Assembly (NCBI GenBank): GCA_963848295.1
Contig: CAWKDB010000011.1
Coordinates: forward strand, 480,001-544,000
Source: an uncultured delta proteobacterium
GTDB lineage: Bacteria > Myxococcota_A > Polyangia > Haliangiales > Haliangiaceae
Length of the DNA: 64,000 nucleotides
Direction of reading: 5' to 3'
Part shown: positions 10,922 to 26,353 of the stretch, in pieces
Layout: the number at the start of each line of letters is the position of its first letter
Position numbering within the stretch: the stretch's first letter is position 1
The notes under the pieces: generated by a model
What the model saw: only the letters and a program-made list of their open reading frames with translations
What the model was told of the DNA's origin: nothing
Database searches by the model: none
Position numbers and translations under genes: made by a program

Positions 10922-13656
10922 TGCGCAGCGCATGGAAAGCGCTGTTGCGTCCGGGGGCGCTGATCCGGCTCGGCCTCGCGGTGATCGCCGCGATCGCGAT
11001 CTGGTTCGCGATCTCCGCGTGGATCGGCGACCGCACCGCGATCCCGGTCGAGGTCGGTGCGAAGCCGATCACCCTGCTCGCGCCGGACTGGCTGCACCTC
11101 ATCGCGATCATCCCGGCGTTCTTCGTGCTGCGCGTGCTGTCGCTCACCGATCTGTCCGTCGCTGCAGCAAGTCGTCCAGGCGACGTTGCGCTCGCTCGTC
11201 ATCGCCGGCCTCGCGATCGCACTCGCGCGCCCGTCGTGGATCACGAAGACGAACAAGGTGTCGACCGTCGTGTTGGTCGACGTCTCCGACTCGATCTCGG
11301 ACAGGCAACTGTCTGCGGCCAAGGACTACGTCGACCAGATCGAGGCCCAGGAGAAAACCGGCGACGGCAACCTTCAGCTCATCACGTTCGCCGAGAAGCC
11401 GACCGCGGTGCGCAAGCCCGAAGGCCAGAAGCTGTCTGCGGCGATCGCGCGCCATGCCGGCGCCGGCGCCGGCACCGATATCCAGGCGGCGATGCAGCTC
11501 GCGTACGGCCTGTTCCCCGACGGCTACCTGCCGCGCATCGTGATCGTCACCGACGGCAACCAGACCGAGGGCGATGCCGCGGTCGAAGCCTATCGCGCGC
11601 ATGATCTCCACGTCCCGGTGTCGTGGCGCACGTTCGATCAAGACAAGACCGCGGAGGTCCGCGTCGTCGGCGTGACCGTCCCCGACGACATCAAGGTCGG
11701 TCAGCCGTTCGACGTCACCGCCGAGGTGTGGTCGACCGAGAAGCAGAACGTCACGCTCGCCCTCCAGCAAGACGAGTTCCCGAACGGCCTCGAGCCGCAG
11801 AAGACGCTCGAGCTGCATGAAGGCAAGAACATCATCAAGTTCAAGTCCGACGCGAAGCGCGCGGGCGCCACGACGTACCGGTTGCGCCTCGCGAAGTTCG
11901 AGCACGACACCGAGGCGAAGAACAACCAGGCGGTGATGACCGCGCCGGTCAAAGGCAAGCCGAACGTGCTCTACGTCGAGGGCGGCATCCTGCGCGAGCC
12001 CGGCTCGGCGAGCTACCTCAAGAAGGCGCTCGAGCACGAGAACATCGACGTCGAGGTTCGCGGCCCGACCGGCATCCCGACCGAATCCGAAGGCGCTCGA
12101 GAAGTACGACCTCGTGATCGTCAGCGACGTGCCGGCCTACCTGATGGGCGACGCCTCGATGCTCGCGCTCGACCGCTACGTCAAGGAGCTCGGCGGCGGC
12201 TTGATCATGGCCGGCGGTGAGGATTCGTTCGGCTCGGGCGGCTACGAGAACACGATGATCGAGAACATGATGCCGGTGCGGTTCGACTCGACGAAGACGA
12301 GCGAGCAGCCGGACGTCGCGCTCGTGTTGGTCATCGATCGCTCGGGCTCGATGCAGGGCCAGAAGATCGAAGCGGCGAAGGAAGCGGCACGCGCGACCGC
12401 CGACGTGCTCAACCCGAACGACTACATCGCGGTCGTCGCGTTCGACAGCGAAGCCCAGGTCTACGTCCGACCGACGCGCGCCGGCGCGAAGAGGCGGGAT
12501 CTCGATGGACATCGCGAAGCTGTCGGCCGGCGGCGGCACGAACATCTTGCCGGGCTTGCGCGAGGCGAACGAGATCCTCGACGGCATCAACGCGAAGGTC
12601 AAGCACGTGATCCTGATGACCGACGGCGAGGCGCCGACCGATGGCATCGCGGACCTCGTCGGCCAGATGCGCGACGAGCGGATCACGGTGTCGTGCGTCG
12701 GCGTCCAAGGCGCGGACAAGAATCTGCTGTCGATGATCGCCGATACCGGCGAAGGCCGGCTCTACATGGTCGAGGACATCGGCGCGCTTCCGAAGATCTT
12801 CATGAAGGAGACGCAAGAGGCGGAGAAGAGCCAGCTCGTCGAGGATCTCGTGCGCGTGCGGGTCGCAAAGCGCGTCGAGGCGATCGAAGGGACCGGCGTC
12901 GAGAACGCGCCGGCGCTGCACGGCTACGTCACGACGAAGGCGAAGCCGACGTCCGAGACGATCCTGATCTCCGACCTCGGCGAACCGATCCTCGCGCGCT
13001 GGCGCTACGGCGCGGGCACGAGCGTCGCGTGGACGAGCGACGTCAAGAACCGGTGGAGCGTCGATTGGATTCGCTGGGGCGGTTATCCGAAGTTCTGGGC
13101 GCAGGTCGTGCGGTCGTCGATGCGGCGCAAGATCTACGATAGCTACGACCTGTCCGCGAAGGTCGCGGATGGGCGGGCGCAGGTCACGGTCGACGCGATC
13201 GACGCGGGCGACAAGTTCGTCAACGAGCTCGACACCGACCTCGAGGTCATCGACCCCGCCACGAACAAGGTCATCCGGACGATGCCGATGCCGCAGACCG
13301 CCGCCGGCCGCTACAGCGCCGACTTCAAGATCCAGCACTACGGAAGCTACCTGCTGAAGGCCGTGCACAAGCGCGACGGCAAGACGGTCGCGGAGTCGCT
13401 CGGTGCGGTCGCCCTGTCCTACCCGCTCGAGTACCTGCGCACGACGCCGGATCTCGAGCCGCTCGAGCACGCGGCCAGGGTGTCGGGCGGGCTCGACCAG
13501 GCCGATCCAGCGAAGCTGTGGGACCCCGGCAAGGACAGCGTCGACTACACGCAAGACCTGTGGCCGTATGCGCTGCTCGGCGTCGTCGGCTTGTTCTTGC
13601 TCGACCTGTACGCGAAGCGCGTCCGGCTCTTCGGCTACCGCACGATCAAGTTCTAG
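10921..13656 (+). CDS. Double-vWA / GATase-like domain membrane protein (apparent indels ~11160, ~12090, ~12495)
   Basis: Joined from ORFs 10843, 11057, 12114, 12505: VDVSDSI and IDRSGSM MIDAS motifs, [27 protein letters not shown]-terminal TM. Confidence 0.82.
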
Positions 13657-13659
13657 ATG

Positions 13660-15797
13660 TCAGAACCGATACGCGATGCGCAGGAAGCCGTTGAGCCCGG
13701 TGATCGGCGGATCCGACGTCAGCGTCGTCGCGCCGGTCAGCATGGAGGCCGCCGAGTCGAGCGTCGTACGCGACAGGTAGAGCGTCGCGATCCCGAGCCA
13801 ATCGCGGTTGAACCGGTAGTAGACCGTCCCGCCGATCGTGATGACCGACGCGTTCGACACGCCGTAGCAGTCGACGACGGCGAGGCAGCCGGTGTTCGCG
13901 GTCGGCGACACCGGATCGATCGTGGCGGTCGTGTTGTTCGTGTCCTTGCTCGTCGAGTACTCGGCGTCGGCCTCCCACTCGCCTTTGCCGTTCGCGAGCT
14001 CGCGGCCCGCGTACAGCCGCGCCGCGAAGATGTCGGCGCGCTGGTAGGCAGTGTCGTCGCCGCCGCCGAACGCGAACGAGTCGAGCACGTCGGCGCCGAG
14101 GCGCAGGTCGGCGACCGAGCGGCGATCGGTGATCGCGGCGTAGAGCTCGATGCTCGATCCGGGCGGGATCTTCGCGCTCTCCGTCGTTCCGTCGGGCGAG
14201 TACAGCGTGAACGGCTGGCGCTCGCGGTACGTCGCCGCGACGGTGACCTCGAAACGCTGGAGGCTGCCGAGCCCGGCCGAGATGCTGCCGCGCGCCTCGT
14301 TCGACGCGAGCCTGCTGACGAAGATCTGGTTCTGGACGAGCGTCGTGTTCGAGCTCGGCTGGTTGAAGAACGCGTTCGCCTGCACGTTGAGTGTCTCGGT
14401 GTCGTAGCGGTTGTAGCTGCCGGTCAACCGCAGCTGCGGGTTCGGCTTGTAGTTGAGGCCGAGCGATAGGTTCGTGACGTTGAGCCCCGCGGACCCGATC
14501 AGATCGAGCACCGCGAAGTGATAGAAGTCGAGCTTGCTGCCGTAGCGCCAGTAGCCCTGCGCCGTGCCGAAGATGCGCGGGCCCTCTCCTTCGATCGGGA
14601 CCTCCGCGACGCCGCCGAACGAACCGTACGAGGACTCCGTGCGGTACGCGGCGCCGAACCCGCCGGCGGTCACGAGCTTGCCGACCGGGTCCAGCGACTG
14701 CGACGTGACGTTGTAGTCCTTGCGCAGATCGACGTAGTCGGTCGTGAGCGAGCGACTGCCGCGGACCGGGAACAAGCCGGCGAAGCCGAGCAGCGTGAAC
14801 CGCTGCGAGCTCGCGTAGTCGACGCGGATGCCGTCGATCTTCACCGCGCCGAGGTCGGCGATGAACTGGCGGCCGAGGAACAGGTCGGTGCGATCGCCGT
14901 TGCGCGCGACCCACAGCTCGCGCAGGTCGTATTCGTTCTCGCCGGTCAGCCCGGACTGGATGTGGTTCGGCACCGAGATCGTGCTCGTGTTGGCCGGCAC
15001 GTCGGTGTTGTCGGTGTCACCGGGATTGGCGACCAATCGGATCCGGCCGTCGACGCGCGCATCCCACGCGCCGCCGCTGATATGGCGAAAGTCGGTCTGC
15101 AGCCGGAGGTCGGTCCACAGCTCGGGGAAGCTCGACCCGTCGCTGCCGAGCGTGCTCGGTGGAGCGCCCATCCCGGTCGGGTACTGCCCGCTCGACTCGA
15201 AATAGAACAGTGACGTCGACGTCAGCGAGCCTTGAATCAGCGTCCCGTTCCTCGTCTTGTCGTCGTCGCGCTTGTCGACGAAGAACCGATCCTGCTCGAA
15301 CGCGTTCGTCTTCTTCGTGCTGCCCATGTCATGGCCGCTGAGGTCCTGCTTCTGCAGCGGTTGCTCGCCCGAGCCGCCGCCGCTGCCGCTATCGCTATCG
15401 CTCCCCCCGCCGCCGCCGCTGTCGTCGTCGCTTCCGGCTCCGACCGCATCCGCGCCGGTGACCTTCTTGCCGCCGAACTTCGACGTGTCGTTGCCGTCGT
15501 CGCTCTCGTCGTCGGCGGGCTTGGCCTTCGCTTTGGCCTTCGGCTTGTCGTCGTCGCTGTCGTCGTCGTCGTCGTCATCGCTCGGCTTGGCCTTCGCCTT
15601 CGCCTTTGCCTTGGCTTTCGCTTTGCTGTCCTTGGCGGCCTTGTCCTTGGCCTTCGGCTTGGCCTTCGGGGCGTCGTCGCTGTTGTCGTCGTCATCGTCG
15701 TCGCTGGCGGCGGAGGCGCCCTTTTTGTCCTTGCCCTTCGCGAAGCCGGCGTGCGGCCACGTCGCGGCGAGCACGAGCGCGAGCGCGAGGTAGCGCC

Positions 15798-15801
<4 letters not shown>
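13660..15801 (-). CDS. Predicted outer-membrane beta-barrel protein with charged low-complexity N-terminus; candidate cytochrome-associated porin
   Basis: GTG 15801 overlaps cytochrome stop (GTGA); signal peptide VRRYLALALVLAATWPHAGFA; amphipathic beta-strands (LFLGRQF, IDGIRVDY, LSLGLNYKP); C-terminal FLRIAYRF BAM-type signal. Confidence 0.75.
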
Positions 15802-18297
<2,496 letters not shown>

Positions 18298-18307
18298 CGA
18301 CCCGAGC

Positions 18308-20532
<2,225 letters not shown>

Positions 20533-20652
20533 CTCGCCCAAATCCGTTGCCAGATGAAAAAAGCCGACCGGGGAACGGTCACGGCCAAGAGCCTTTGTGA
20601 AGCAATTGGCGAGCCCGGTCCCCGCACCGGTTTACGCTCTGATTCTACCAGC

Positions 20653-21268
20653 ATGCGCGGCGCAAATGTCGACCCGAGAACGATCGTCCGGAGCCTGCTG
20701 ACCCCAGGCCGGGCATTTCTCATCGCAATCGGCCTGTCGCTCGACGGCGGTCAGGCGTCACATGCAGACAATTTCGTACCGACCCAGACCGATCCCGATG
20801 CGCCGGCGCGGACCTCGCAACCGTCGGTACCACCGGCCCATTTCCGACCGACCTGGGACCTCGACGGTTTGTACCTGTGGCTCGGCCCGTCGGGCGCGGG
20901 CGGCTACCTCGACAAGCAGTGGGACTCGACGTTCGGCGGCGATTTCTCGCTGATCCGGGTGCGCGAGCACGACTTGCTGGGCGCGGTCGGAGCGGCATCT
21001 CGGGCGCCTCGCGCTGGACGACCCGCGACGCCGGCCTGGTCTGGATCGACGGCCTGGTCGGAACGCGGGTGCTCGGCCACATGGTCGGCGCGTCGCTCGG
21101 CCCGCTGGTCGAGCTGTCGAGCCTGCGACCATCCGCGCGGTCGGGGTATCGGCGGGCCTGTGGGCGTTCGTCGGCGTCACTCCGTACGTCCGCGTCGGCG
21201 TCGTCGACGGATCGGGCGGCTTCGTGGAACTCGGCGTCCACATTGCCCTTCCGATATGGCGGCATTGA
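20653..21268 (+). CDS. Hypothetical exported protein, possibly small beta-barrel (apparent indels ~20995, ~21125)
   Basis: Signal-like N-terminus, alternating beta-strand patterns (LYLWLG, GLWAFVGVTPYVRVG, FVELGVHIALP), stop TGA 21266-21268. Confidence 0.55.
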
Positions 21269-21293
21269 CAGCGCATTGCGCTCGGGGTAACCA
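21265..21293 (+). promoter_or_regulatory. Putative sigma70 promoter of tRNA-Pro
   Basis: Perfect TTGACA (21265-21270), 17-nt spacer, weak -10 TAACCA, just upstream of tRNA. Confidence 0.5.
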
Positions 21294-21304
21294 CGATCTC
21301 CTTA

Positions 21305-21378
<74 letters not shown>

Positions 21379-21381
21379 CTG

Positions 21382-21407
21382 CCGCGGAGGCTCCCGAGCC
21401 TCCGCGG
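21382..21407 (+). terminator. Hairpin immediately downstream of tRNA (terminator or processing signal)
   Basis: CCGCGGAGGCT-CCCG-AGCCTCCGCGG perfect 11-bp stem; only a weak U tract follows. Confidence 0.55.
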
Positions 21408-21431
21408 GACGTTTCGGGCTACCATCGACAC

Positions 21432-22056
<625 letters not shown>

Positions 22057-22065
22057 GCTGCGCCG

Positions 22066-22728
22066 GTGGTACCGACGGTCGTCCTCGAACGCGTGCGCGC
22101 ACCCGGCGGCGAGCTCGTCCTGAACCAGCGCGGTAAGCAGTTCTGGATCCAACTGGCCGGGGTCGAGCTGATGAACAGCCGAGATCACAGCTCGGAGGAC
22201 GAGCTCGGCCGGCGCGCGATCGCGAAGCTCGACGATCGGTCGCGCGCCTCGGTGTTGGTCGGTGGCCTGGGGTTGGGGTTCACGCTACGCGCCGCGCTCG
22301 ACGTCTTGCCTGCCGCGGCGCGGGTCGACGTCGTCGAGATCGTGCCCGCGGTGGTGCGCTGGAACCGCGAGATCTTCGGGGGCTTGGCCGGGCATCCGCT
22401 GTCCGATCCGCGCGTCACCGTGATCGAAGGAGACGTCGGAGACGTGATCGCGCAGGCAGACCGCCGCTACGACGTGATCGTGATCGATGTCGACAACGGC
22501 CCGGAGGGCGTCGGCTTCGCCAACACGACGCTGTACCGGCGGACCAGCCTCGCGGCGATGCTGCGAGCGCTCACCCCAGGCGGCGTGCTCGGGGTGTGGT
22601 CGTCGTTCCCGTCGCCGACGTTCACCCACTCGCTCAACGCCGTCGGGTTCGCGGCCGAGGCCGTGAAGCTCCGCTCGAAGTTCAGCGGCGGCCCGACGCA
22701 TCACCTCTGGTTCGCGCGCCGACCGTAG
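22066..22728 (+). CDS. Spermidine synthase-like SAM-dependent methyltransferase
   Basis: VLVGGLGLGFT, VVEI, IDVDNGP, LTPGGVLGVWS. Confidence 0.85.
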   Translation: MVPTVVLERVRAPGGELVLNQRGKQFWIQLAGVELMNSRDHSSEDELGRRAIAKLDDRSRASVLVGGLGLGFTLRAALDVLPAAARVDVVEIVPAVVRWNREIFGGLAGHPLSDPRVTVIEGDVGDVIAQADRRYDVIVIDVDNGPEGVGFANTTLYRRTSLAAMLRALTPGGVLGVWSSFPSPTFTHSLNAVGFAAEAVKLRSKFSGGPTHHLWFARRP

Positions 22729-22752
22729 GAGGCCGCGTGCTAGCGTTCGGGC

Positions 22753-23421
22753 GTGACCCTGCCGATCCGCATCGCGCCCTCGATCCTGTCCGCCGATTTC
22801 GGCAAGCTTGCCGCCGAGGTCGCCGCCGTCGCGAGCGCGGACTACGTCCACGTCGACGTGATGGACGGCCACTTCGTGCCGAACCTGACGATCGGGCCGG
22901 TCGTCGTCGAGGCGGTCAAGCGCGCGACCACGCTGCTGCTCGACGTCCATCTGATGATCGAAGACGCCGAGCGCTGGGTCGGCGCGTACGCGCAGGCCGG
23001 CGCCGATATCATCGCCGTCCACGTCGAGGCCTGTCCGCACCTCCATCGCACGATCGGACAGATTCGCGACCTCGGCAAGAAGGCGTGCGTCGTGTTGAAT
23101 CCGGCCACGCCGCCCGAGCTGATCGAGTACGTGCTCGGCGACGTGGACCAGGTGCTCGTGATGTCGGTCAACCCCGGCTTCGGCGGGCAATCGTTCATCG
23201 CGAGCTCGGTCGACAAGATCCGAGTGGTGCGCCGGATGATCGAGGCGCGCGGCCTCGACGTCGAGATCGAGGTCGACGGCGGCATCAAGGTCGACAACAT
23301 CGGCGCGGTCGCCGCGGCCGGGGCGAACGTGTTCGTCTCGGGCTCGGGCGTGTTCGGCACGAAGGACTACGCGCACACGATCGCGCTGCTCCGCCGGCAT
23401 GCCGAGAGTGCGCAGAGCTGA
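22753..23421 (+). CDS. rpe: Ribulose-phosphate 3-epimerase
   Basis: IAPSILSADF, HVDVMDGHFVPN, DVHLM, MSVNPGFGGQ, EVDGG. Confidence 0.97.
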   Translation: MTLPIRIAPSILSADFGKLAAEVAAVASADYVHVDVMDGHFVPNLTIGPVVVEAVKRATTLLLDVHLMIEDAERWVGAYAQAGADIIAVHVEACPHLHRTIGQIRDLGKKACVVLNPATPPELIEYVLGDVDQVLVMSVNPGFGGQSFIASSVDKIRVVRRMIEARGLDVEIEVDGGIKVDNIGAVAAAGANVFVSGSGVFGTKDYAHTIALLRRHAESAQS

Positions 23422-23427
23422 GATCGT

Positions 23428-24021
23428 CTAGAGTATCGCCACATCCTCGGTCTTCAGCACCTTGATGAGAGGGATGTGCGCAGCTTCAATAGCGCGCTTG
23501 ATGTTCTCGTGGACCACTACCGTCGAAACGTTCTCCGCGAGTCGAAACATGAGCCGCCCGCGGGTGGCGCGTGGATCTACGGTGAGCGCATCGAACGCCA
23601 TCGAGAGGTTGCGGTCCGGTTGGGCCTCGTCGAAAGCTGAGCTCTGGAGATCAGCCGCTCGCACCTGTCCAATGAGATTGAAGACGTAATAGTCGTCCGA
23701 AGCGAGAGCTCCGTCAGCGTAGTACAGGGCCGCCCGATAGACGTCGAGATTGTCGACCCCGGCCGAGCGAAGCACGGAGAGCAAGCGGCTGTTCAAGAGC
23801 GGGACGGGCTCGCGCAGAAACGTCGGCAACGGTGCGTCCTCGCGCCCATGTTTGATCGTCAGCCGGATCGGCTCGCTCGGGGGCTTGTCCCAGGGCGGTG
23901 CGGAAGGACTGTCCGTCAGCACGCAGCCTCGGACGAACGAACGCGCCGGGTGATCGGGCGTGTAGGTCAGTCCCATCATGTCGCCGTCGTCGTCCGCAGC
24001 CGGAAACAGCGCGTAATACAT
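23428..24021 (-). CDS. Imm11 (DUF1629)-like immunity protein
   Basis: PLLNSRL..VL..AGVDNLDVY, YYVFNLIG...AAD...S, MFRLAEN...VVVHE.IK pattern; GGAGG RBS; more AT-ending codons than neighbours. Confidence 0.7.
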   Translation of the reverse strand: MYYALFPAADDDGDMMGLTYTPDHPARSFVRGCVLTDSPSAPPWDKPPSEPIRLTIKHGREDAPLPTFLREPVPLLNSRLLSVLRSAGVDNLDVYRAALYYADGALASDDYYVFNLIGQVRAADLQSSAFDEAQPDRNLSMAFDALTVDPRATRGRLMFRLAENVSTVVVHENIKRAIEAAHIPLIKVLKTEDVAIL

Positions 24022-24097
24022 TTGTCCTCCACGATCTCGTGGCCGCGGCTTGTGGAATAGTGAACTGCGGAAGCGGAACGGGGAACTGAATTCCGGT

Positions 24098-25396
24098 TCA
24101 GCCCGAGCCGAGCTTCGCCAGATAAAAGCCGTCGGCGGCCGGCGGCCACGTGTGCGACTCGGCGAGGATCCGCAGGCCGCTGCGCGCGGCGAACGCGCGA
24201 ACCTGATCCGGCCCTTCGGCGCGCGTGAACGTGCACACCGAGTAGATCAACGAGCCGCCCGGCGCGAGGCGGGGCGCGACCGCATCGAGCAAGCTGCGCT
24301 GGATCGCGGCGAGCCGCGCGACGTCGGTCGGCAACAGCCGCCACTTCGCGTCGGGATGGCGACGCAAGACGCCGAGGCCGGTGCACGGCGCGTCGAGGAC
24401 GATGACGTCATAGCCCGTCTCGAGCGGCGTCCGCGGATCGGTGAGGTCGCCGTGCACCGGGCGGATCGAGCTCAGCCCGAGCCGGCGCGCCGTCTCCGCG
24501 CCGAGGTCGAGCTTGGTCTGCGACAAGTCCGCGGCGTCGATCGCCGCGCGATCGTCGGTGAGCTCGGCGAGATGAGTCGCCTTGCCGCCGACGCCGGCAC
24601 ACGCATCGAGGATGCGAAGCGCGCCGTCTCGGCCCGCGACCGCGAGCTCGGCCACGTGTTGCGCACCCGCGTCTTGCACGGTCCAGCGACCGGCGATGAA
24701 CGACGCGCTCTTGCCCGGATCGCCCGCGCCTTCGAGCACCAGCCCCGCGCTGCCGACCGGTGTCGCGGTCACGCCTTCGATCGCGAGCTCTGTAATCAGC
24801 GCCTCGCGCGTCGTGCGCAGGCGATTGACGCGCGCGACGAGCGGCGCAGGCTTCGCGAACGCCGCGGCGCCCGCGTCGAGCTCGACGAGGTCGGCATCGG
24901 CCGGATCGCCGGTCGGCGAGATCGCCGACGCGAGCTCGTTCGTGATCCAGGTCGGCAGCGAGTGCTCGAGCTCGATCCGCGCGCGCCCGGGTGGCGGCAG
25001 CGCCGGTTCGCGTTGCGCGACGAGCTTGCGCAGCACCGCGTTCGCGAAGCCGGCGAGCTTCGGACCTGCGACCGCGCGCGCCGCATCGACCGCATCGTCG
25101 ACCGCGGCGTACGACGGCACGCGATCGAGGAACAGCACCTGGTAGGCCGCGACGCGCAGGGCGGTGCGTATCTTTGGATGTGACTTGTCGAGCTTCGCGT
25201 GGGCCGCGAGGGCGCGATCGATCCGCGCGCGATGGCGCAGCACGCCGTAGACCAGCTCCGACGCGAGCCGGCGATCGCGATCGTCGAGCCCCGCGCGCTG
25301 CAGCTCGCCGTCGAGGGTCGGCGTCGCCCACGCGCCACCGCGATCGACGCGATCGAGCACGCGGCGGGCGAGCGCGCGTGGCCCGCTGTCGCTCAC
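24098..25396 (-). CDS. rsmB: 16S rRNA m5C967 methyltransferase with NusB-like N-terminal domain
   Basis: ELVYGVLRH, LAGFANAVLR, VQDAGAQ, LDACAGVGGK, LDAPCTGLGVLRRHPD, YSVCT; GTG overlaps fmt stop. Confidence 0.93.
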   Translation of the reverse strand: MSDSGPRALARRVLDRVDRGGAWATPTLDGELQRAGLDDRDRRLASELVYGVLRHRARIDRALAAHAKLDKSHPKIRTALRVAAYQVLFLDRVPSYAAVDDAVDAARAVAGPKLAGFANAVLRKLVAQREPALPPPGRARIELEHSLPTWITNELASAISPTGDPADADLVELDAGAAAFAKPAPLVARVNRLRTTREALITELAIEGVTATPVGSAGLVLEGAGDPGKSASFIAGRWTVQDAGAQHVAELAVAGRDGALRILDACAGVGGKATHLAELTDDRAAIDAADLSQTKLDLGAETARRLGLSSIRPVHGDLTDPRTPLETGYDVIVLDAPCTGLGVLRRHPDAKWRLLPTDVARLAAIQRSLLDAVAPRLAPGGSLIYSVCTFTRAEGPDQVRAFAARSGLRILAESHTWPPAADGFYLAKLGSG

Positions 25397-26343
25397 GTCG
25401 CCGGCTCGGACGGCTTGCTCAACACGTCGCCGACCGCGACGCCGCGCCCGGCGGCAAACTGCGCGACGGTCATCCGCTTGCGCCCGGCCGCCTGGATGTC
25501 GCGAATCACCGCGACGCCGCCATCGCCGCACCCGACGCTCATGCCGGTGCCATCGATCGCGACGACAATGCCGGGCGGAGCAGGAACCGGCCCGCGATCC
25601 GCCCGAGCGCGGAACAGCTTCACGACCTGGCCGCGCAACGTCGCCTGCGCGCCCGGCCACGGATCGACGCCGCGGATCCGCGCCGCGACCGCCGGCGCTG
25701 GCTGGGTGAAATCGATGGCACCGTCGACTTTCGCGAGCATCGGCGCATGCGTCGCGCGCGCGTGATCCTGCGCGACCGCGTGCGCGCTTCCGTTCGCGAT
25801 CAACGCGATCGCCTCGAGCAACGCTGCGGCACCGACCGGCGCGAGCCGCGCGAGCAATTCGCCGCTGGTCTCGTCGGGATCGATCGCGACCCGGCGCTCG
25901 AGCAGCACCGGTCCGGTGTCCATGCCCTCATCGAGCTGCATGATCGCGACGCCGGTCTCGGCCCGGCCGTCGATGACCGCCCACTGCACCGGCGCGGCGC
26001 CGCGATACAGCGGCAACAACGAAGCGTGGACGTTGATGCATCCGCGCGGCACCGAGGTCAGCACCGCCGGCGGCAGGATCTTGCCGTACGCGACGACGAC
26101 GGCGAGCTCGGCTCCGCTCGCGGACAGCGCCGCTGCGAGCTCGCCGGTGCGCGCCGATCTCGGCTGGATCACCGGCACGCCGAGCGCAACCGCCGCGAGC
26201 TTCACCGCCGGCGCCGCGACCTGGCCGCCTCGCCCGGCCGGCTTGTCAGGCTGGCTCACCGCGAGCACGACCTGGTGATGCGCGGCGAGCGCCTGCAGGC
26301 ACGGCACCGCGAACTCCGGCGACCCCATGAACGCGACCTTCAT
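25393..26343 (-). CDS. fmt: Methionyl-tRNA formyltransferase
   Basis: FMGSPEFA, QPDKPAGRG, INVHASLLPLYRGAAP, LDEGMDTGP. Confidence 0.97.
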   Translation of the reverse strand: MKVAFMGSPEFAVPCLQALAAHHQVVLAVSQPDKPAGRGGQVAAPAVKLAAVALGVPVIQPRSARTGELAAALSASGAELAVVVAYGKILPPAVLTSVPRGCINVHASLLPLYRGAAPVQWAVIDGRAETGVAIMQLDEGMDTGPVLLERRVAIDPDETSGELLARLAPVGAAALLEAIALIANGSAHAVAQDHARATHAPMLAKVDGAIDFTQPAPAVAARIRGVDPWPGAQATLRGQVVKLFRARADRGPVPAPPGIVVAIDGTGMSVGCGDGGVAVIRDIQAAGRKRMTVAQFAAGRGVAVGDVLSKPSEPAT

Positions 26344-26353
26344 ACAGTGACGG

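Noticed and set aside
15400..15720. Repetitive DNA as CRISPR array or non-coding repeat
   Set aside because: It is coding low-complexity sequence (Asp and Lys-Ala runs); no repeat-spacer structure and no cas genes in the window.
20537..20552. sigma54-like TGGCAAC-N4-TTGG upstream of the redox operon
   Set aside because: Lacks the -12 GC and lies too close to the start codon.
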